From: an uncultured Acidobacteriota bacterium
Lineage (GTDB): Bacteria; Acidobacteriota; Vicinamibacteria; Vicinamibacterales; UBA823
Assembly: GCA_913052135.1 (NCBI GenBank)
Contig: CAJXDY010000008.1
Span: forward strand, 161-64,160
Length of the DNA stretch: 64,000 nucleotides
Direction of reading: 5' to 3'
Made by a program: the position numbers and the translations under genes. Positions 10,095 to 18,918 of the stretch are shown piece by piece; the first letter of the stretch is position 1, and the number at the start of each line of letters is the position of its first letter. A model generated the notes under the pieces. It did no database searches, was not told where the DNA came from, and saw only the letters and a program-made list of their open reading frames with translations.

Positions 10095-11342
10095 TTATTG
10101 CGAAATTGTTGCGTTCACTAGTTGGGCAATTGCGGCGAGGGTGGTTTGTGCGGAAGCCAAGCCCAATCGAAAGTCGTCGTTCGTGAATGTGTCAAACACA
10201 TCAGTGGGTTGATGCCAATGTGGATCCCATCCGGCACCGATGTGAGCGCCACGTTCGTTCTCCCGCAAGCTGATGGCTGGCACCAGGTCCATAAAAGGAG
10301 TTGAATCAGTATTGGTCATGTGCGGACCAACCGTGGCTGGATAATCGGTTGCGTACGCATCATTGGTGGCTTTGAAAAAGAAAGCGAGAGCCCGAGCCTC
10401 AGGCGCCAATTCCGCAGTGGATTGGAATTCAATATTGATGTCCGCTTCAGGTCGTTGGTCTGGACTGACGGTTCCGTCGGACCGTGGCGCACCGTGATCG
10501 AAGAGCATCATGTCGTGTTGCACCATGCCGAGCCATCGCGGTTCCGGATAGTAACCAGAACCCGCTGGGACTTCTTGCCCCTGTAATCCTACCCGTTGTT
10601 CGACGTACGCTCGACTTCCGTTGAGTCCAGTTTCTTCGTTGTTCCAAAGGGCAAAGCGGATCGATCGCTCGGTCTGGACATCAGGAGCGTTAAAAATACG
10701 GGCCAACTCCAGCACAATTGCGGTGCCAGAGCCATCGTCGTTGGCTGCCTCTCCCCATCCATGGCCGTCCATATGGGCACCGATAATGTACATTTCACCG
10801 GGATTCGTTGTTCCGATTTTCGTGCAATAGACTTCCTGTCGTGGACCATTAGTCGCTGGTTCACGATTTAATTCACGTAAATGTTCGTCGGGCTGATTCA
10901 TTGGATCGGTATTCACGCCAGTGGCTCCACGATAACCAAAGATTGAACTTCCTCCAGGACCTGAGCCGTTCCGCCCAATCTGTTTGCCTGTTGCCGTGGG
11001 GCCATCGACATTTAATGGATTTTGCGATCGGCGGCGTGACGACCTGTTGCGTGGAGCTGGATCGTGGATGTAGTCAATTCGTTCAGTGATTGTACAGCCG
11101 ACACTTTGCAACTGAGCTTCAATCCAATCAATCGCCTGACGATTGCGTTCAGTGCCTTGCCGTCGATCGCCGAACTGGGTCAATCCTTTAAGCGTCGTCT
11201 TGTACTGCGTCAAATCTAGGCGGCCTACCAAGGTTCTGACGTCCTCGTTGCTCGGATCAGGTTGCTGCGCTTGCGCCATTGTTACTGAGGAGGTCGCGAC
11301 TAGGAGCAGGGAAGCGATCAAAAGGAAAACGTTTGTTCGCAT
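10095..11342 (-). CDS. Secreted M28-family aminopeptidase
   Basis: 415-aa ORF with a signal peptide and the metal/catalytic blocks IIGAHMDGHGWGEAANDDGSGTAIVLELARIF and WNNEETGLNGS. Confidence 0.85.
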   Translation of the reverse strand: MRTNVFLLIASLLLVATSSVTMAQAQQPDPSNEDVRTLVGRLDLTQYKTTLKGLTQFGDRRQGTERNRQAIDWIEAQLQSVGCTITERIDYIHDPAPRNRSSRRRSQNPLNVDGPTATGKQIGRNGSGPGGSSIFGYRGATGVNTDPMNQPDEHLRELNREPATNGPRQEVYCTKIGTTNPGEMYIIGAHMDGHGWGEAANDDGSGTAIVLELARIFNAPDVQTERSIRFALWNNEETGLNGSRAYVEQRVGLQGQEVPAGSGYYPEPRWLGMVQHDMMLFDHGAPRSDGTVSPDQRPEADINIEFQSTAELAPEARALAFFFKATNDAYATDYPATVGPHMTNTDSTPFMDLVPAISLRENERGAHIGAGWDPHWHQPTDVFDTFTNDDFRLGLASAQTTLAAIAQLVNATISQ

Positions 11343-11370
11343 GACGTGAAACCTTTCTTGTCAACCTTTG

Positions 11371-11940
11371 TCAGTTATCCTGAAGTGCCGGATTAATATA
11401 CCCCGCTGGTAACACGCGGTCAGGGTCAGGTCGGATGCTCAGATACGTGACGTGATCTTCAATGTGTTGCCAGCCATGAAACAATCCTGCTGGAATGACG
11501 ATAATGTCGCCTACTGACACCTGACGACTATACCCATCACGTGTGGTCGCCGAAGCACCTGGCCCAGCGAGGATGGTTACCGAGTCGCTGTCGGGTGGTC
11601 GCGCGACTACGTTGAGTAAGGTGCCGCCTGTTGTCAGCGTTCCAGAGCCCGACACAACATAGTACACCTCAGTGACTTTTGAATGCGTAAAGCCTGTGAC
11701 GGCAGTTCCATCAGGCTCTACAGGACCACGATGCAGGATCCCGATCGCGACCTGCGAATGTCCAGTATCGACGACCCTGACCTGTCGATCGACACCGCCA
11801 TCAGGGCTGTTAAGCACTGCTTCAATCTCTGCCTTGAGAATGTCGGTTGCTGACAACGATTCTGGAGGTTCCTGAGCCATCGCGACCACCGGCAGTAATA
11901 GGGTGCAGCTAATCAGTATCGTTATTAAATTTCTTGGCAT
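11371..11940 (-). CDS. Secreted cupin-domain protein
   Basis: The internal ATG at 11940 gives MPRNLITILISCTLLLPVVAMAQEP (signal peptide). Cupin motifs are GILHRGP...HSKVTEVYYVVSGSG and GDIIVIPAGLFHGWQHI. The 299-aa track ORF extends upstream into an Arg-rich reading that overlaps the next gene and is rejected. Confidence 0.65.
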   Translation of the reverse strand: MPRNLITILISCTLLLPVVAMAQEPPESLSATDILKAEIEAVLNSPDGGVDRQVRVVDTGHSQVAIGILHRGPVEPDGTAVTGFTHSKVTEVYYVVSGSGTLTTGGTLLNVVARPPDSDSVTILAGPGASATTRDGYSRQVSVGDIIVIPAGLFHGWQHIEDHVTYLSIRPDPDRVLPAGYINPALQDN

Positions 11941-11996
11941 TCTGATTCTCCAAGTGTCTCTTTTTCTGCGTAATCTTTGATTAACGCAAAAACTGT

Positions 11997-12884
11997 TTAA
12001 GGGTCTTGTGGCGTACGAGGCCGGCGTTCGTATTGTTGTCTGAGTTCTGGGGAAAGAGGATAGACGTCGTGAAACCGATGATCTCGCGATCGCAAGAGCT
12101 CTCGCTGATAATTCTCCGCCAAATCTCCTGCGGCTGCCTGCTCGAGGATCGTTTCCACGAGGTGGGCTGGGAAAAACAGGATTCCTTCCTCTTCTGCGAC
12201 GACGATATCTCCAGGCAATACGGTCACGGTGCCGAAACGAATTGGCGTGTTCCAGTCTACGCCGAGCCAACTCGTGGTATGTACGTCAAAGAATCGTGCG
12301 AACACCGGAAAGTCTGCGAAGTCATCTCCTTGGAGTTCACGAAGATCGCGGCTCCCACCATCGATCACGACACCCGACGCTCCCCGCAGCTTGATCCCAA
12401 GAGCCCCCATGTCGCCAAATAGATTGTGGCCGTCATTGCCTCCCAGGTCTGCAACAATCACATCACTTGGCTGGGCTTCTTCTGCTGCTCGCGCGTAGTA
12501 CCGACGATCCCAGTCACCTTCTTTGGCAAGTGTATCAATCGCGTCGACAAGGTCAGGACGTGGAGGGAGGAACCGCATCGTTAAAGCACGCCCAACAAGC
12601 CGAGTCCCAGGTTGTGTACTGGTAAACCCTCGGACATAGTTGACTTTATAGTCGCCGAGCGCCCCCCAAATCTTTTCAATTTGCAGTGTTTTCAGTTGGT
12701 CGAGTTGTGCTTGGGACACCGTCGTCCGTTGCGAATCAATGACATCCATGATTGCGGAATAAGACGTTCGATTGGTACGAAAGCCGTCTGGAACTGGGAC
12801 AGGTGCAGGAAGTTCTTGTGCGAAGCTATTCGCTCCAACAGCAAGGTATGAAAACACTAGCAACGACAGGATCCATGAACGCAT
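11997..12884 (-). CDS. Secreted RraA / HMG-aldolase-like family protein
   Basis: The family block is DVIVADLGGNDGHNLFGDMGALGIKLRGASGVVIDGGSRDLREL. The signal peptide is MRSWILSLLVFSYLAVGANSFAQE from ATG 12884. The track start at 12911 is a TTG nine codons upstream. Confidence 0.7.
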   Translation of the reverse strand: MRSWILSLLVFSYLAVGANSFAQELPAPVPVPDGFRTNRTSYSAIMDVIDSQRTTVSQAQLDQLKTLQIEKIWGALGDYKVNYVRGFTSTQPGTRLVGRALTMRFLPPRPDLVDAIDTLAKEGDWDRRYYARAAEEAQPSDVIVADLGGNDGHNLFGDMGALGIKLRGASGVVIDGGSRDLRELQGDDFADFPVFARFFDVHTTSWLGVDWNTPIRFGTVTVLPGDIVVAEEEGILFFPAHLVETILEQAAAGDLAENYQRELLRSRDHRFHDVYPLSPELRQQYERRPRTPQDP

Positions 12885-12981
12885 GAACAGTCTCCTTGAA
12901 GAGGCAAACAATGCTGGAAAGCGAGCAGAACTATCCTATTAAACGTAAGAGCCTTTGAACGGCTTCAGGATCACGTGTGTA

Positions 12982-13869
12982 TCATTGCTCCGCGTTAAGT
13001 TCAGCGTAGATTGCTTCGACATTGGCTGCAGCGCTGGCAATTTGACCCACTTGCAATTGGTAGTCGGCATAGCGGGCTGGCAAGTTCAGTGACTCGGTGG
13101 TCTCTTGTGCTGACTTGCCCTCGGCCATACCGCGTCGCACTGCTGCGAGGAAATCACGGTTGAATTCTCCGAACTCTCGGAAATCGGCCCAGCTTGAGAT
13201 TTCGCGGTGTCCAGGGATAACAGTATCGACGCCAGTAATTCCGTCTGCAGCCGCTAATACCGTATCCGGGTACTCGACGCCACTCCCACCGTTGTTGGTG
13301 TCAATGAATGGCGTCCCCTTCCAGGCAAATAGATCTCCCGTATGGGCTACGCCCAGCGATGGAAAGACGATAATCGCGTCACCATTCGTGTGGCCTCGCC
13401 CAAAGTAATACAGATCGATTTGGTCGTCCCCCTCGAGCAGTGTGAGTGTGTTGTCAAAGGTTCGACTTGGTAAGTACTGTTGCGCTGCAGCAGCCTGAAA
13501 CTGTTCCATCTTTTCCATATTGATCTTGGTATTCGCATGCGCGATCACTTCGACCGGCTGTGCGAATTCCGTATTACTACCCACATGATCAAAATGCGTA
13601 TGGGTATTGAGAATCATCGTGACTGGTTGGTCAGTTACGGTCCGAATCTTGTCAAGAATCGCATTTCCCCAGTTGGGCACTTTGGTGTCGACCACCACAA
13701 CACCGTTCTCTGTAACAAACGCCGCAGTATTGCCACCCCCACCCGTAATGACGTACAGGTTGTCTTTCACTTGCGCGATTTCAGCGACGTTCTCTTGGGC
13801 ACCTGGCCCAGTCACTATGGCCACCACGCCTGCAGCGATCAGCACAACCAAGGCCAGAGTTCGTTTCAT
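12982..13869 (-). CDS. Secreted MBL-fold metallo-hydrolase
   Basis: ATG 13869 gives the signal peptide MKRTLALVVLIAAGVVAIV. The metal motif is ILNTHTHFDHVGSN (HxHxDH), with downstream GHTNGD and HTGD. Confidence 0.8.
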   Translation of the reverse strand: MKRTLALVVLIAAGVVAIVTGPGAQENVAEIAQVKDNLYVITGGGGNTAAFVTENGVVVVDTKVPNWGNAILDKIRTVTDQPVTMILNTHTHFDHVGSNTEFAQPVEVIAHANTKINMEKMEQFQAAAAQQYLPSRTFDNTLTLLEGDDQIDLYYFGRGHTNGDAIIVFPSLGVAHTGDLFAWKGTPFIDTNNGGSGVEYPDTVLAAADGITGVDTVIPGHREISSWADFREFGEFNRDFLAAVRRGMAEGKSAQETTESLNLPARYADYQLQVGQIASAAANVEAIYAELNAEQ

Positions 13870-13980
13870 TATTCGCCTCCCAAGAAAAATGTGTAGAACA
13901 GCGGAAGTATACCTGAGTCTGGCTGAGAACGGCCAGAGCCTTGACCGCACTTATTGCCTAGCTTGTTGCCAGGTGCCGCC

Positions 13981-14667
13981 TTAGCGGGTCCGTGGTGAGG
14001 TGCCAAGTACGTCCCCTTCTGTCGTTACGCCCAAGCCGTTGAGCACACGGTTTGCATAATTAAAGTAGGACACCACCTGATTCGCTTCAAGGATCTCGCC
14101 ATCTGTCGCACCGGCGCTCCGGAGCCGCTCAATATCTGCTTTTTCGATGTGTCTCGGTGTGAGGGTGAGTTGTCGCGCGTAAAGAAGTAGGGCGAGTTCC
14201 TTTCCTGAAAAGGCCATATCGGGTTGGTCGCTCTCGAGCGCTTCAAGAATCGCATCTGTTCGCGTGTCCTGATTTAAGGCACGACGAAGCCCAAGGGCAT
14301 GATGTGCCACACTGTAGTCCCCGTGGTTTAAAAGACTCGTGTAGACACCAAGTGTTTCAAGAAGCCACGCCGGCAGTTGATTCGCTGGATCATGTAGTAC
14401 AGAGCGATACAAAGCGTAGTGACCTTCAAGGGTGTGAGGGCGAAGACTGTGCACCTTCACCACATTGTCAATATTCCCGCTGGCGCCACCCACGATATCG
14501 TAGAGGCGCCGAAGCTCACCTTGGGATGCCTCGTAAGGCACTACACGAATCCAACTGAAGGGTACAGTGATCCCTTGCGAGTCGCTGCCCGCTTGCTCAG
14601 CGGCAGGTATGGGCAGACTCAACAGCAAAAAAAACATAGTCAGTAACAAGCTAGGCTTCGAACACAT
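13981..14667 (-). CDS. Secreted carboxymuconolactone decarboxylase (CMD)/AhpD-like peroxidase-related protein
   Basis: The likely start is ATG 14667 (MCSKPSLLLTMFFLLLSLPIPAAEQ signal). The helical CMD-like core includes RPHTLEGHYALY, and the C-terminal VVSYFNYANRVLNGLGV is typical of peroxidase-related CMD proteins. Confidence 0.55.
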   Translation of the reverse strand: MCSKPSLLLTMFFLLLSLPIPAAEQAGSDSQGITVPFSWIRVVPYEASQGELRRLYDIVGGASGNIDNVVKVHSLRPHTLEGHYALYRSVLHDPANQLPAWLLETLGVYTSLLNHGDYSVAHHALGLRRALNQDTRTDAILEALESDQPDMAFSGKELALLLYARQLTLTPRHIEKADIERLRSAGATDGEILEANQVVSYFNYANRVLNGLGVTTEGDVLGTSPRTR

Positions 14668-14809
14668 CACACACCTCACTTCAAGCAATTAGGTAGAGAC
14701 TTTCGCCACAACCCCCGGGGGCCCTGTGGGCGGTCCGGGTGACTAAAAAAGTATACCTTGACGTACTGGGGGTCGTAAGTTGAGATAGGTGTTATAGCAG
14801 GAGGATTAC

Positions 14810-16036
14810 ATGAATCGACGGACTTTACTCAAGACTGGCAGTATGGCGGCTCTAGGATTCGGTTTTGGTGGTTGTGCTGCACCGAAACAGATGACAAACA
14901 TCGCGTTGCCGTCGCGGCGACCCATGTTTTATCTACCGCCAATCCGAGCTTCTTGGGATCGCGTGATTCGTACAACGGTCGGTTTGCGCCCTCATCGACC
15001 TACGGGGTTCAGGCTCGAGGCTGAGAAATTTGACGACAAGACCGTCATTCACAATTACGGACATGGCGGGGCTGGTCTTTCGTTGTCGTGGGGTACTGGC
15101 GCCATGGCGGCTGATATGGCCTTGGACGCGATCAATGGCGATCGCAAAGTCGCGGTTCTCGGGTCTGGAGCTGTGGGCCTTGCTGCTACGCGACAGCTCC
15201 AACGTCGTGGTTTTGATGTGACGATTTATACAGCCGCAGTGCCGCCTCATACGACGTCGAATATGGCATACGGTGTGTTTTCACCGACATCAGGGCTTCT
15301 GTCGGCTCGACGTGCGTCAGCCTGGGAAGTGCAATTCCGTGAGGCGGCTGAGATTTCCTACCGTCAGCTTCAGCTGTTTGCGGGTGCTAACTACGGCGTC
15401 TCTTGGATGGATTCGTACGGCACGATGGAGGAGTTGCCCACCTCAAGGAGACAAGTATCACGTGAGCCGGACGCGGAGGGATTGTTACCCTCGGCTATAG
15501 CCAATATGTCAGCCGGGCGAGAGATTCTTCACCCAGGCGAGCACCCATTTACGACGCCGTATGCCTCCCGACGGATCTCGATGCGAATTGAGCCGACGCT
15601 GTTTCTTGAAGCCATGCTCCGGGAAGTGCGTCTATTCGGTGGGCGGACGGTGATCAGAAAGTTCGCTTCTCCGAGCGACTTCATGATGCTTAAAGAATCA
15701 GTGATTGTTAACTGCACTGGCCTTGGCGCACGAGATATCTTTACTGATCAAACGCTGATTCCGTATAAGGGACAATTGACGTTTCTGGTACCGCAGCCTG
15801 AGGTGAACTACCAGTTTGGATGCATGCCACGGTCGGATGGCATTGCGCTCGGGAGTACCAGGGAGCGTGGTGTGTGGTCGCTGGAGCCAGATTTAGAGGT
15901 CCAACAGCGGATTGTTGACCGCGCGATCAGCCGGTTTGCTCTTCTCCGCGAGCCTCAAGCGGGTAGTCGACTGGCAAGAACGCGCCCTTTACGCAGCACA
16001 CCCAGTGTCGAGAATTTTTTCGACCTGGAATCCTAA
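14810..16036 (+). CDS. Tat-exported lipoprotein, FAD-dependent D-amino-acid-oxidase-like oxidoreductase
   Basis: RBS AGGAGG lies 5 nt upstream. The twin-arginine signal plus lipobox is MNRRTLLKTGSMAALGFGFGGC, the dinucleotide fold is VAVLGSGAVGLAATRQLQRRGFDV, and the DAAO-type block is HNYGHGGAGLSLSWG. Confidence 0.8.
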   Translation: MNRRTLLKTGSMAALGFGFGGCAAPKQMTNIALPSRRPMFYLPPIRASWDRVIRTTVGLRPHRPTGFRLEAEKFDDKTVIHNYGHGGAGLSLSWGTGAMAADMALDAINGDRKVAVLGSGAVGLAATRQLQRRGFDVTIYTAAVPPHTTSNMAYGVFSPTSGLLSARRASAWEVQFREAAEISYRQLQLFAGANYGVSWMDSYGTMEELPTSRRQVSREPDAEGLLPSAIANMSAGREILHPGEHPFTTPYASRRISMRIEPTLFLEAMLREVRLFGGRTVIRKFASPSDFMMLKESVIVNCTGLGARDIFTDQTLIPYKGQLTFLVPQPEVNYQFGCMPRSDGIALGSTRERGVWSLEPDLEVQQRIVDRAISRFALLREPQAGSRLARTRPLRSTPSVENFFDLES

Positions 16037-16064
16037 ACACTCTGGAGAGAATGGCACAGAAATA

Positions 16065-16091
16065 CGCCCGGGGTTTTTCTCTCCCCGGGCG
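16065..16091. terminator. GC-rich hairpin between convergent genes (candidate bidirectional intrinsic terminator)
   Basis: A perfect 9-bp stem, cgcccgggg (16065-16073) paired with ccccgggcg (16083-16091), encloses the T-rich 9-nt loop tttttctct. It lies between the stop of 14810-16036 (+) and the stop of 16130-18256 (-). Confidence 0.5.
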
Positions 16092-16129
16092 CAGTGGTTC
16101 TATTTTGCACGGCAGCCGTCGTGATCGGT

Positions 16130-18256
16130 TCAGTGCGCTTCAGCGCCTTGGACCAGGCCCGGCAGCCGTAGTGCTACGAGCGAACTTGGATACTGCTGAC
16201 CACCAATCTGGACAACGATATGCTGCACGCCGTCGTGCGCATAAGTCATCATTCCATATTGTCCTGTTGTCGGAATTTCAACCGTGCCCACCAGAGATCC
16301 AGTCGTCTTATCAACCGCATGGAGGACCGGTTCACCTCGACGCCCGTCGGTCATGACAAGCAGGTCACCAGCCACCATCGAAATTGCTGGCCCTCCACCA
16401 CCAGTCCGGCCTTCATCACGGAGCGCCTTGCCGATATTCTTTCCGTCAACATTGTTTGTGCTCTGAAGGGCTGCGTGGTTAACGATTCGATCCGGTGTAG
16501 TGCCGGTGGGAACCCACCAGAGGTGTTCCCCTGTATTCATGTCGACCGCTGTAATGCGGCTGTATGGTGGCTTGAAAATCGGAAGTCCTTGAGGGCCCGT
16601 AAGTCGTCCACCGGGACCCGCAACCCAATCCACGATCGTTACGCCGGTAGTCATTGGATTGTCAGGCTCGTCATTGTCAACGCCAGGAGCGACCGAGCCC
16701 GCACTGCAACCCATACTTGACGAGACGTACATAATGCCGGTCGTTGGGTCCATTGAGACCGGATGCGTAATGTTCACGCCACCGCTACAACGCACGTTCG
16801 CTTCGACTCCAACAGTATTGCCTTCATGCAACCGTGGCATGTAGGGACCACCAATGTTGTAGCGGCTCATGATTTCGAGCGCCTCGGCATGTAATTCCGG
16901 TGTGAAGTCGATCACGTTGTCTTCAGTCAAGCCAATCGGTTCCACCGGGTCAGGTTTTGTTGGGAACGGCTGTGTTGGCGAGGTCCAGTTACCCGGCACC
17001 ACGGTCTCGGGAACTTGACGCTCTTCAATTGGCCAGATGGGTTCCCCGGTTTCCCGGTTGAAGGCGAATATCAACCCCTGTTTCGTGTTCTGGATCACGG
17101 CGGGAATGTGCTCGCCATCCACTATGAGGTCAGCCACAATCGGGACGTTAGGGAGGTCGTAGTTCCACTGATCATTATGAACGGTTTGGAAGTGCCACAC
17201 TCGCTCGCCTGTCTGGACATCGAGCGCAATGACGCTTGTGCCGTACAGATTGTCTCCAGGTCGATGGCCACCGTAGTAGTCAATGGTTGGCGGATTAGTC
17301 GGGATAAAGACGAGCCCACGTTCTTCATCGGCCGACAATGGGGCCCAGGAGGAAACATCCCCAGTGTACTGCCAAGCATCATTTAACCAGGTGTCGTGTC
17401 CGAATTCACCCGGTCGTGGAATGACGTGGAATTTCCAGAGGTGTTCACCAGTTGCTGCATCATATCCAAGGATATCGCCAGGTACGTTTTCCGCACGAGT
17501 TTGGTTGTAGCCTTGTTCCGCTGAATTGCCTACAACAACAACGCCATTCACCACAATAGCTGGAGAGGAACTTGTGATATAGCCGAGGTCTTTCGGAATA
17601 CCGTAGTCTGGGTCGAAAGGCTGGTTATAAGCTTGCCAAGGTCCCCAATCTTCCAACAGGTCCGGTAAGAGGTCGACGACACCTGTTTTGGGAAAGCCCG
17701 GGAGTGGTACAGCTTGCCCCCAGTTCTCCAAGTGTTCACCCGTTTTGGCGTCAAGAGCGTGGAGGAAAAAAGCTGGGGTAATCACATAGATGATTCCGCG
17801 ACCATTAATTTCGTTATAGGCCACACCCTTACCGTAGCTGGCTCGCATCGAGCGCTCCCACCGCTTGGTGCTGGGTTCACGGTATGTCCAGAGTGTCTCT
17901 CCCGTACTCGGTTCGATTGCCACCACCGTGCGACGTTCACCGGCAACGGTGTACAGAAGGCCGTCGATGTAGGTTGGGGTAGATTTAGAAGTCGAGACTG
18001 GCGTTCGACCAAAGTTTCCACCCTCCCAAATCCAGGCCACTTCAAGGTCTTCGAAGTTATCGGCGTTAATTTGTTTCAAGGGGGAGTAGCGGGTTCCCCA
18101 GGCGTCGGCACTCTGGTATCGCCATTCCCCATAGACGTTGCCACGGTCTGGTGCGACTTGCGCCAGGGCGAAATTAGACGTTACGACCAGAAGGCCTAGG
18201 CTCAGCACGGCATAAGAACAGGAGCGGCGCCAACAGCGCGTCAGGCTTACACTCAT
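16130..18256 (-). CDS. Secreted PQQ-dependent dehydrogenase (quinoprotein beta-propeller)
   Basis: 708-aa ORF with a signal peptide. The N-terminal YSPLKQINADNFEDLEVAWIW is typical of quinoprotein dehydrogenases, and repeated Trp-docking-type blades run throughout. Confidence 0.75.
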   Translation of the reverse strand: MSVSLTRCWRRSCSYAVLSLGLLVVTSNFALAQVAPDRGNVYGEWRYQSADAWGTRYSPLKQINADNFEDLEVAWIWEGGNFGRTPVSTSKSTPTYIDGLLYTVAGERRTVVAIEPSTGETLWTYREPSTKRWERSMRASYGKGVAYNEINGRGIIYVITPAFFLHALDAKTGEHLENWGQAVPLPGFPKTGVVDLLPDLLEDWGPWQAYNQPFDPDYGIPKDLGYITSSSPAIVVNGVVVVGNSAEQGYNQTRAENVPGDILGYDAATGEHLWKFHVIPRPGEFGHDTWLNDAWQYTGDVSSWAPLSADEERGLVFIPTNPPTIDYYGGHRPGDNLYGTSVIALDVQTGERVWHFQTVHNDQWNYDLPNVPIVADLIVDGEHIPAVIQNTKQGLIFAFNRETGEPIWPIEERQVPETVVPGNWTSPTQPFPTKPDPVEPIGLTEDNVIDFTPELHAEALEIMSRYNIGGPYMPRLHEGNTVGVEANVRCSGGVNITHPVSMDPTTGIMYVSSSMGCSAGSVAPGVDNDEPDNPMTTGVTIVDWVAGPGGRLTGPQGLPIFKPPYSRITAVDMNTGEHLWWVPTGTTPDRIVNHAALQSTNNVDGKNIGKALRDEGRTGGGGPAISMVAGDLLVMTDGRRGEPVLHAVDKTTGSLVGTVEIPTTGQYGMMTYAHDGVQHIVVQIGGQQYPSSLVALRLPGLVQGAEAH

Positions 18257-18393
18257 AATATTTCTCCCAAAGAAAACGATGGAACACTAAGTGTTGTGAT
18301 TATAGCAAGAGTCGAGAGGCTGAGGTGCTAATCATTCCCTTCCCCCCTGCTTTTGTGGCTTAAGCGTGATACGCAGCGCGCTTGTTGGTTACA

Positions 18394-18735
18394 TCATTGT
18401 GAGCGAGGTTCGGCCGTTTGGATAATATCGTGCAGTTCAAAGACGTTATCCCCCGCAAACATTTCTGGGGGTGGGCGATTAGCATGTGCCGTCCGAAAAT
18501 CTTCACTGTCGGTCCAGGCGACAAAGTCCTCAACATGTTTCCAGTACGTCAGCACGACGTGGTAAGCGGAACGTCCCATGACTCGGCCGTGCATTGTGAC
18601 TTGGGTAGGTTTGAGAATCTCAAGTCGCTCAAACCCGTTATGTCCTTCAACGAGTCCAGCTCGACTACGAAAGCGTTCAGCAAACGAAGCTTCTTGACCC
18701 GGTGCTACTGGAATTCGATTGGAAACGACAATCAT
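18394..18735 (-). CDS. Antibiotic-biosynthesis-monooxygenase (ABM)/IsdG-like small protein
   Basis: 113-aa ORF beginning MIVVSNRIPVAPGQEASFAERFRSRAGLVEGHNGFERLEILKP, with a later HVEDFVAWTDSEDFRTAH. This is the ferredoxin-like ABM domain pattern. An AAGGA RBS is present. Confidence 0.7.
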   Translation of the reverse strand: MIVVSNRIPVAPGQEASFAERFRSRAGLVEGHNGFERLEILKPTQVTMHGRVMGRSAYHVVLTYWKHVEDFVAWTDSEDFRTAHANRPPPEMFAGDNVFELHDIIQTAEPRSQ

Positions 18736-18918
18736 GTGGTCCTTTCAGTCTAGACGTGGTTACGAGCATTCGCGTTGCAGCAATGACGCGACAAATCCTG
18801 CACCCATACGGCGATTGATCAAAAGTTTATACTATCTTGGTAGCAACCTTCAGTGTTGAATCAGGTCGGTGCGGTCGGCAATTCAGTGCTGGTTCTTAAT
18901 TAATCACGATGCACACAC

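Noticed and set aside
11941-12270. 110-codon N-terminal extension of the cupin ORF (track ORF 11371..12270)
   Set aside because: The extension is extremely Arg-rich and overlaps the 3' end of the RraA-like gene. The internal ATG at 11940 yields a proper signal peptide.
14689-14809. GC-rich palindromic stretch cccccgggggccc in the divergent CMD / oxidase intergenic region
   Set aside because: It is a short self-complementary run (containing a SmaI/XmaI-like site) with no extended stem or repetition. It is probably incidental.
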